Shown here piece by piece: positions 55,581 through 64,000 of a DNA stretch of 64,000 bases (within the stretch, counting starts at the first letter, position 1; each line of letters opens with the position of its first letter). The translations under genes were made by a program, and so were the position numbers. The notes beneath the pieces were generated by a model. That model saw only the letters and a program-made list of their open reading frames with translations. It ran no database searches and had not been told where the DNA came from. This DNA comes from Eledone cirrhosa (lineage: Eukaryota), in NCBI GenBank assembly GCA_964016885.1, contig OZ024742.1:208072001-208136000 (forward strand), read 5' to 3'.

Positions 55581-58500
55581 GTGTATGTTCTTCTGGTTTT
55601 ATAATTTCACAAAGATTTACCAATAGAGAGAAAGTCGGTTTCTAACATAGACACAAGACTCTCTCGTTGGAATTTACACAACATCAACTAGGTAGATATG
55701 TATGTATGCATGCATGTGTATATATGGATGTTATTGTATGTGTGGATGTGGATGTTTTCAGTTGTATGTGTGCATGTGTATATGCTTTGCATCTGTACAT
55801 GTGTATATGCAGTTATTAGATGCAACATTTTTGGAATGTTTTACATATTTGTACTATTCCATTAATGGATTGTACTTATAATTTCCTAACTAGTTGTGTT
55901 CTTTCTGTTCTTGTGAAGCCTAGCTTCTCAAGATTTGTATTGAGGCAGTCACTAACATATCCCAGTGCCCCAATAATCACAGGCATAAATCTGAAGGTGT
56001 AATCAGGGTGGAGTATCTGCAGATTTCTCATCAGTTCTGCATAAATATTCTCCTTTTCACTAATCTTTGATTTTATATTGGCATCTGCTGGGCAGCTAAT
56101 TTCCACTACTGTGCATGCTTTCTTCTCCCTGTCCTATATATCATAATATCTGGTCTTTTATGCCTGCATTTTATTGGTTTTTTACTGGAACATTCCATCA
56201 GTACTCTTTCATATTATGTACATGGATGTCTTCCACATTGCTGTAGCTTTTAATGTGTTTATTATCGGGGCTATCTTTTTAATACGAACTGCATTGTACA
56301 GTGTTTTGGACACTACATCATGCCTCATAGGTAGATTGTACCGCGATGACTTCTTTGGAAAGCTGCTGATGACATGGGTGATATCATCGATGTAAGTTCT
56401 GCAGAGTCTGCACTTGTTATCACATCTAGGTGTTTTGCCTGCATCTCTATCTCTTTTGTGAATCAGGGATTTTGTGTTAATCTCCTGTTCCTGGATTGCA
56501 AAAGCGTATCCTTCAAAGTGGGAGCCAATATAGCGGTTGTTGATCCATGATAGACTACTTTCCTTATCTATATTACTCTCACTCTGGAGCTTCCTGGCAA
56601 CATATAGATGCATGATTCTTTGTTGATAAGTATGCAGTTTTTCATCCATGGATTCACTGCGATACTGCTGAGCGACATCCCTGGGTGTGAGTTTTTGATT
56701 ATCACACAGGGAATATCTCTCGAGAAGTTCCTTCCCAACTCTCATGATCTTATCTCTTTCATGCAGATAGACTTGCTCGAGAAACGGCTCTTACATTTCG
56801 AGGTTCGTAGATGTTGTCGGAGAGATATGATGCGACATTCAAATGTTGTCTGGACTGATGTTAGGCGTCTGCCTCCCTGCTTACGTTTCAAGTAAAGGCG
56901 GTCTATGTCACTGTTGATGTGGAACTTTCCGGTGTTGTTTAGTTATTTTCGAGTTCCAATTGAGTATTCCAAACGTAGGTGTTAGGACAGGCACAGTAAA
57001 CACATTGTGAGCCACTGTTTTGTTTTGCGCAGAGAGTTCCGATGAGCATATCTTTCTCAATCGGGTGTAGTATTCCCTTCTTACGCGTTCTTTATTACAG
57101 ATACCATTATAGGATATGTTCTCATCTATACCCAGGTATCTGAAGCAGTCCTCATCAGATATCGATGAAACAGTTAGGCCATTGATGACAATGTTGCTAG
57201 ATTGGGTTGTTGTTTTTACCCGCTTTACATCATGTATGAGCATTTATCTTGGACAAACTCCATTCCTATATCCTTTGAGAACGTTGTAACCAGGTCAAGA
57301 TTTTTCTTCATCCCGTCCATGTTCTTGGCATAGAGTTTCAGATCGTCCACAAAGAAATTATGGGTTAGGTTCGTATTTCTGTCTTCCTGTGAGCCAATGA
57401 TTTATCGCTCACATTTCCTGAGCAGAAAGGACAAGGGGTTTAATGACAAGATGAATAATATCACAGAGAGACTATCCCCCTGAAATATACCCCTGCAATA
57501 TTTTATTTTATCTGTGAAAATAAAGTCCTCCCTCTCTGTCTTTAACCTTAGGATAGTAGCCCAAGAAGAAGGCAGCCTCTCTGTGGTTCTGACAATAATG
57601 TCTGGAACTTTGCAAGTTGGAGGGCCTCTATCACGCAAGAGTGGGGAAAAGAATCGAAAGCTTTCCTGTAGTCCAGCCAGACTGTAGTCATATTCCTCCT
57701 AAGTTGTCGCACATCCGACATCGCAATTTTGTTGATTAGGAGTTGTTCAGCACATCCCCAAACCCCTTTCTTTCCACCTGCATGTTCATCTGTGATGATG
57801 TTATTATTTTCACAGTGATCTCGGAGGAATAGGTTCAGGCAGGCTGTATACATCTTATACATTAGGTCTCTGGCATGCAATGGGTCGGTAGTTTTTTGCC
57901 AAGTGGGTGTCTTTGTTGTTGGGGACCAGTTATGTTTGTGCTAATGTCAACCATTCTGGTATAAGTGTATCTCCCTTAAGAACTTGTTGGTAGAGGTCAG
58001 TAAGATACCTCCGATAGAATATCAGTTTTTTGTACCAGTAGCCGACAATCATGTCTCTTCCTGGTGTTTTCTTATCTTGGAGTTTTCCTCTCACAGTCTC
58101 AAGGGTACCCTCACTTATTTCGTATGTTTTTGTTATAGTGTAGGAGCAATAGTTCTTTCAGATTTCTCTTAGCCACACTGCAACTTGGTTGAAATTCTTC
58201 TTTTCACCCCATATTTTGCTTCAAAAGGAATCTAGGTCTTTCTGGGATGGGGCCGCAGTGACACTTATTATTTTGCCCTTCATAACTCTATAGACTGATG
58301 TTTGATTTCGTGAATATTTTATTAAGCACATTTCTCTCATCTACCTTCTTCAGGTATCGGCGTTTTTCGCTAACAGCTCTCAATTCTTGTTTGAGGGTGA
58401 TCAGCTTATATTGGAGAGTTCTGGTTCTACTGTTACCAAACATCGTCTCTATTTTATTTTTCACTCTTTGTTGGCGAGGAGTGAGGTTTTTTTTGTCTTT

Positions 58501-59460
58501 GTTTGCATGTAAGGAGCATTGTCACATATCCTATGTTTTTTCATAGGTCAGCAATCTTTTTTTCTATTTTAGTTATATATGATGGTATTTTTGGTGGTGT
58601 TCTGTTCTTGTTAATATCTCTGCTATCACCAAGATATGCTTCACTGTCGTTGCTAGGGCATATAAACAGGCATTGATTTGCCAAAAAGTTGGGGGTTTTA
58701 TCCGTCGTAAATATTCATCCCCTATTTCGTCAATAACACGTAATATTTCATTATTTGTTTTTTTTATTAAACATTGTCATTTTAATACGTTCAGCAAGAG
58801 AGATATTTATACATGAGTTAATTTCTCTCTGGAAGATTTCGTTGAGGGAAATTTTCAATTGTTTATACTTTTGATTATTATCATTATCGATAGTATTTTC
58901 CACAACAGTCGAGGTAGACTCGGATGGTACACGTGGTGTCAAATTTCTTCGATTATTATTATTATCCATAGTGTTTTCCCCAGCATTCGAGGTAGACTTA
59001 GATGGTACAGGTGGTGTCAAGTTTCTTACAGGCATAGTTGTTTCAAGACGCTGTTCGACCTGGCTGCTAGCATGGCGACCTGTAGCACGTGTTGTTGATA
59101 ACATGTTTGTTGTGGGGGACTTACAATTAATAATATTTATCTTATTTTTACGTTCAACAAACGTCGCTTGTTGGCGTAATTGTTTCGCTGTGAAATAATT
59201 TAGCTCTGGGTGTATTTCGTCCCAGTGTAGCTTCATTCTATTGATATAGCCAATGGAGGGATTGTTTATTGCCATTTTATAACAATTAAATAAATAATTA
59301 AGTTTGCAACTCCAAGAGAAATGCGATTTATAATTTCGGTTTCTTCTGTAGCTACAACTGAATAAAGTTTGATTACCTTCCTTGTTATTTGTCTTCGGTA
59401 CTTCCTTAATTTTTCGTGTTGATGTTGTGTTCAGCCATGCTGTTTGTAGCAAATTCTTGT
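55581..59460 (-). mobile_element. R4-like RLE LINE, family 2, long decayed copy
   Basis: Fragmented ORFs: N-terminus at 58751-59452, RT (WLDYRKAFDS, GIFQGDSLS, FVDDLKL), CRLC..ITHVISS and EISCPAD..EKENIY. Confidence 0.85.
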
Positions 59461-59639
59461 AAAATGAATTATGTATATAGTCGGATATCTCTACGAATTC
59501 GAATAAAAGGTATCTTCAGAAGATATAGTTAGAAGAATAACCAGTTATTCAACATGACTGTAGTTGTGGCATTACTGTCGGAGATATGTTTCATCTTAAA
59601 TTGAATAAATAGTCTCCCACGCCAAAATATGCCACTGAT

Positions 59640-60085
59640 CGCGTTGACTGTATGTAAGTATATATGTATATATGTATATATGTATGTATGTACGTACGTA
59701 TCTATGTATATATGTATATATGTATGTATGGATGAATACATGTATGGATGGATGCATGTATGAATGGAAGGATGGATAGGTGTGCAGGAATGATTGTCAT
59801 TGCATATGCGCATCAGTTGCTATTACTATACGTGTATGCATTCAGTTATTACATGCTAAATTTCCGAAGAGAGAAACATATTTTTACATTGCCATTAATA
59901 GACTTTACTTGCAATTTCATAATCAGCCGTCCTTTTTCTGGTTCGGTGAACACATGCTTCTCAGATTTTGGGTGAAGTAATGTTATATCCAAGTTCTTCA
60001 ATGATGATATGTACAAATCTAAAGATATTGCTAGTGTGGAGTTTCTGCCGGTTTCTCATTAGTTTGACATAAATATTCGTCTGTT
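59640..60085 (-). mobile_element. third, older 3' fragment of R4-like family 2
   Basis: Diverged similarity to 55800-56050 (CCATTAATAGAC..GCTTCTCAG..CATAAATATTC) next to a (TATG)-rich tract. Confidence 0.55.
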
Positions 60086-61959
60086 GTGTGTATGTTCTCT
60101 CTTTCTCTTAATTTTGAGTTTATTTTCGACCGGCCATCTTATTTTCGAAAACTTTCGCAGTGGCAACGTTGTATATATAAGACACTCTCCGTCATCCCTT
60201 GGTCAATATTTCATGCTTTGAATCATATCAATGTTTTACAGATTTGGAAGATTTCAGATATCATGGCCAGTTGTAGCATATGTATTAAAGAATAACTCAT
60301 CCCTTTTTCATGAGAATTTAGTAACGAGAAGATACTCTTTCTTATTTTATAACGAATTTGTCGTATTAAGTGTTGTTAATAAAAAAAAAACATTAATTGT
60401 CGTTAGAGCGTCGAGCTTAGAATTAATTGTTCAGGCTCTTTACGTTCTGAGTTCAAATCCCGCCGAGGTTAACTTTGCTTTTCATCATTACAGGGATTTT
60501 TTTATTTAAGAGTACATGATAAATGTTAGGGAATTCATACCTTTCGCAAAGATATCAATGCTATAAGTATAAGGAAACATTCAAATACGAATTGAAACCG
60601 GCTTACAGATATGTTTATCAAATTTACCGTGCACTACATTCTTACCTTACTCGGGAATAAAAAGAAAAATATAATAATTGACAGTCAACACCTGCAGTGA
60701 TAGGAGTATAAAACTAAACGGCATTGCTAATCTATTTCTAAAATACAGCCCGGTCCAAATTTTCAACTGTAAATTCAACCCCTTCCCCTAAAACGGTTAA
60801 CTGTTTTATTCCTTCTAGCACACTTCCCCACTTCCAGTTATTTTATCAGCTCTCCAGCTGAGATCACTTATCTATGCATACCAGACCCTATTATGCTGAA
60901 TCCAATTTGTGAATGACACTATTTTGTTTCACGGATTGTTATAAACATTCTTAGAAGGGACTTTCTGCTGTTTTTCACTCTGTATCCCCAACTAATTCTT
61001 GAAAATTAGCCCGTTACTTTTCGTCAGATAGTTCCGTATCGCTAATCTTATTTTGTTTCGATTTATTTGTTTGACGCTTCTCTTTCGCTGTAAACCCCAA
61101 CAATTAATTCGTTGTCCATATCTATTCATTTATTACCTTGTTTCCTTACCACATCATCCAACTGCAACGTACGAACAATAAATGTTCACTGGCCCTTTAA
61201 ATCTACACAATAGTTCAATTACTAGATTTAGAGTAACCCTCTTTCTAATTCTCTTCTATTTATTTGCGATATTTTGTTTTTTGTTCTTGTTATATTTTTG
61301 TTTTTCAAAAGCTACGAATGAAACATTAGATAGCAAAATCCAGTCTAGTTATCTACTCATACTTCATTGGCGCCGAACTAGTAATGGGGTTGTCGTTTCA
61401 CGCTTGTTAATGTGCATGGTGTCGCCATCAGCACGAATATCAAAACAAATAATAACAACATAACAACATAATAGAAATAAAAACAGCAACATCACGTCTA
61501 TAGCAGCAAAATTCATTTCAATGGCTCATTTATTTTCAGAAATGAATGAGGTATTTTTCACCTTGTTATCAAGAACATATTATTACATGATTGTGGTCCA
61601 CCCTGTGTTCTGTTTAGTGGTAGCGCATTGCTAGTAAGAAACTATAAATTACAAATAATGTGTATCAAAAAAAAAAAAATGGATGCCAATGCATTTGAAC
61701 CCAATGAAGGAAAATAATTCAGAAATACTTAACCGCAATTAATCATTATATTCACTGGCAGAAGAACCACCGTCCAGGCAGTTTTCTGCTGGCATATGCA
61801 GTGTGCATATTGGTATTATACGCAAATATATATGCATATAGATATGACTTGTAAATTGAAAAGTAAATTGAGAATATCTTCTTCTTTGCTCACTTATTTC
61901 TGAGAGGGACGTGGAGGTAGAGTGCTCCTCAAACAGTGAATCTGACACAAACAAGCATC

Positions 61960-62520
61960 TCTAACTGATCCAGCTGAATCCCAAAGCCTGACCAGCCAAG
62001 CTCATGGATGTAATACAACTATCTTGCTCGAGGTCTACATCTGAGTCTCCAGCCAGTTGGTTTTTTCTGTAAAATGTTTCCGGTGATTCTTTCCTGAGAC
62101 GTTCTAACCACATGCCCATAAATCGGAGCTGTGATCCCTCAATCCGGAGAAGTAGCGGCTCTACCTGGAGTGACTCTCTGATCTCCGAACTATGCACTTT
62201 ATCGACTAAATTTACTCCAAAGATCCTTCGGAAGAACGCCATTTCGGCCGCTTGTATTTGCAATTTGCATTCTTTCGGTCATTACCCAAGATTCATGACC
62301 CTAAGTAAGTGTTCGCAAGAATAGCAGGAAGACAGCGAGTTTGGCTTTTACACCTATCCTCCTTCTTCTGATTACTGAATGCTGAAGCTGGTGCATTACT
62401 GCATCAGCTTTTGCAATTCTTGCACTTAATCCAGACTCCTGCCTTCCCCCACTCATGAACACCGCCCTGAGATACTTGAACTTCTCTACCTGCTTCAGTG
62501 GAACTCCATTGACATGTATA
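61960..62520 (-). pseudogene. RTE-clade LINE C-terminal fragment
   Basis: LKQVEKFKYL, ARIAKA, ESWVMTER..QAAEMAFFRRI and LLRIEGSQLRF. Confidence 0.75.
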
Positions 62521-62749
62521 TAAATTAGAGCGACTTTTGACCATACGTTTTTGTGTGAATGTATGTGTGTGTAAAACGAAGGAAGGGATACACACATATA
62601 TGTCTCTAACTTAAAAACGGTGACACATACACATACATATATACACATGTATATATATATATATATATATAACACACGTCTCTAATTTAAGAACGCCGAA
62701 ACACTCACGCGCGCGCACATACACACACTGTCCCATTACCACTTAAAAA

Positions 62750-63150
62750 CTTTAGTCAAGGCAAACATCCCCTCAATTTTAGAACGATCTGGATTGTCCA
62801 GAATTGATGGACCTGACGGTCTTACCCTGTGCCCCTGGTGAAGAGACAAGTACCTTGTCTGGGACATCAGAGTTTGTGACTTTTATTTCTTCCCACATCT
62901 TGGATGCAGCGGTAAGGGCGAGAGCTACAGCATTCGCAGCTGAACGGAACAAAATCCTAAAATACCGTCATCTGTCGACTAACTACATTTCCCAGCATGC
63001 GGCGTTCGAGACGTTTGGGGGAGTCGGGTTACTGACTGTGAGGTTCTTATCTTCAATGGCGGCTCGCCTAACGGAGGAAACTAGTTGTTCCAGCACCTTA
63101 GTCCCGCCATTACCCGAGGTAACGCTGTGAGTGTGCTGGCTTGCTCCTCG
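62750..63150 (+). pseudogene. CRE-like RLE fragment, degenerate
   Basis: AFAAERNKILKYRHL..AAFETFGGVG resembles the fragments near 51318 and 18352. Confidence 0.55.
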
Positions 63151-63598
63151 CGATATTGTTATCTTTTACTTTGGTAGCTGCTTGTTTGTCCACCCCTTTT
63201 CCCTGCCTTTTGTTGTATGTGGTCTAAGATGTGTGTATTACCTGCTTGTAATTTTTTTTCTTAGTTTTTATCCTTTTCCTTTACTTTGCATACATTATAT
63301 TTGTTTTTGTTGATAAGAATAAGTAAATAAAATGTTATACTTCATTTTACCCTATTTCCAAATTTATCGAATGATGCTATCAGGAATTTATGTGTGTGTG
63401 TAGGGTTATGTAAATGTATGTCTGTGTGTGTGTATTTTGTAAGTGCTTTTGTGTTTGCGCGATTAGTTAAATACTCATACATATAAATATTTGTATATGC
63501 ACATGTACTCACACGTACACACATACACATATACGCACATAAATACACGTCAGCGTGTTGGAAAACAGCCTAATCTCTTCAGCTCTTTCTTTCACTCC

Positions 63599-63678
<80 letters not shown>

Positions 63679-63689
63679 ACACACACACA

Positions 63690-63806
<117 letters not shown>

Positions 63807-63809
63807 AAA

Positions 63810-64000
63810 TAAAATAAAATAAATAAGTCAAATGTTTAAAATTTAGCTTCGTTTATTACTGCTATATATATTTCGGTGACAGCCATCTTTGGCTGTGACC
63901 TCTTTAGGCAGTCCGAATTAGTGTGGTATAGACAAGTACATATGTTGTTGAGGTGTATAACTTTGTCAATACTCTGATATGCCCAGTTCCTGGTTGGGTT
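63810..64000 (-). mobile_element. PLE pLTR, family D copy (runs off window)
   Basis: Near-identical to 6748-6940. The HHR at 63858-63912 has core CTAAAGA (mutated). Follows a (TA)n tract. Confidence 0.75.

Overview
This is AT-rich, microsatellite-dense eukaryotic DNA. It is most likely from an octopod cephalopod, judged from a tRNA-headed SINE family resembling known octopus SINEs (inference). I found no host protein-coding exon I can support, and most short ORFs are (TA)n/(CA)n/(GA)n artefacts. The window is a nest of retroelements: three decayed or truncated Penelope-like elements (PLEs, RT plus C-terminal GIY-YIG), a near-intact R4/Dong-like RLE LINE, a head-to-tail run of a second R4-like family, four CRE-like fragments, an RTE fragment, about a dozen SINE copies, Helitron ends and a small hAT-type MITE. 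The main observation is about 14 short non-coding fold-back elements from roughly ten unrelated PLE-terminus families, nearly all sitting in (TA)n tracts. They have unequal inverted arms with a unique 3' tail. Many carry type I hammerhead ribozymes (HHRs), identified here by eye, including U3-A8 covariant cores, long stem II variants and family-specific palindromic stem III. In one three-copy family the fold-back turn lies inside the HHR stem II hairpin. Coordinates were read by eye and may be off by a few bases.
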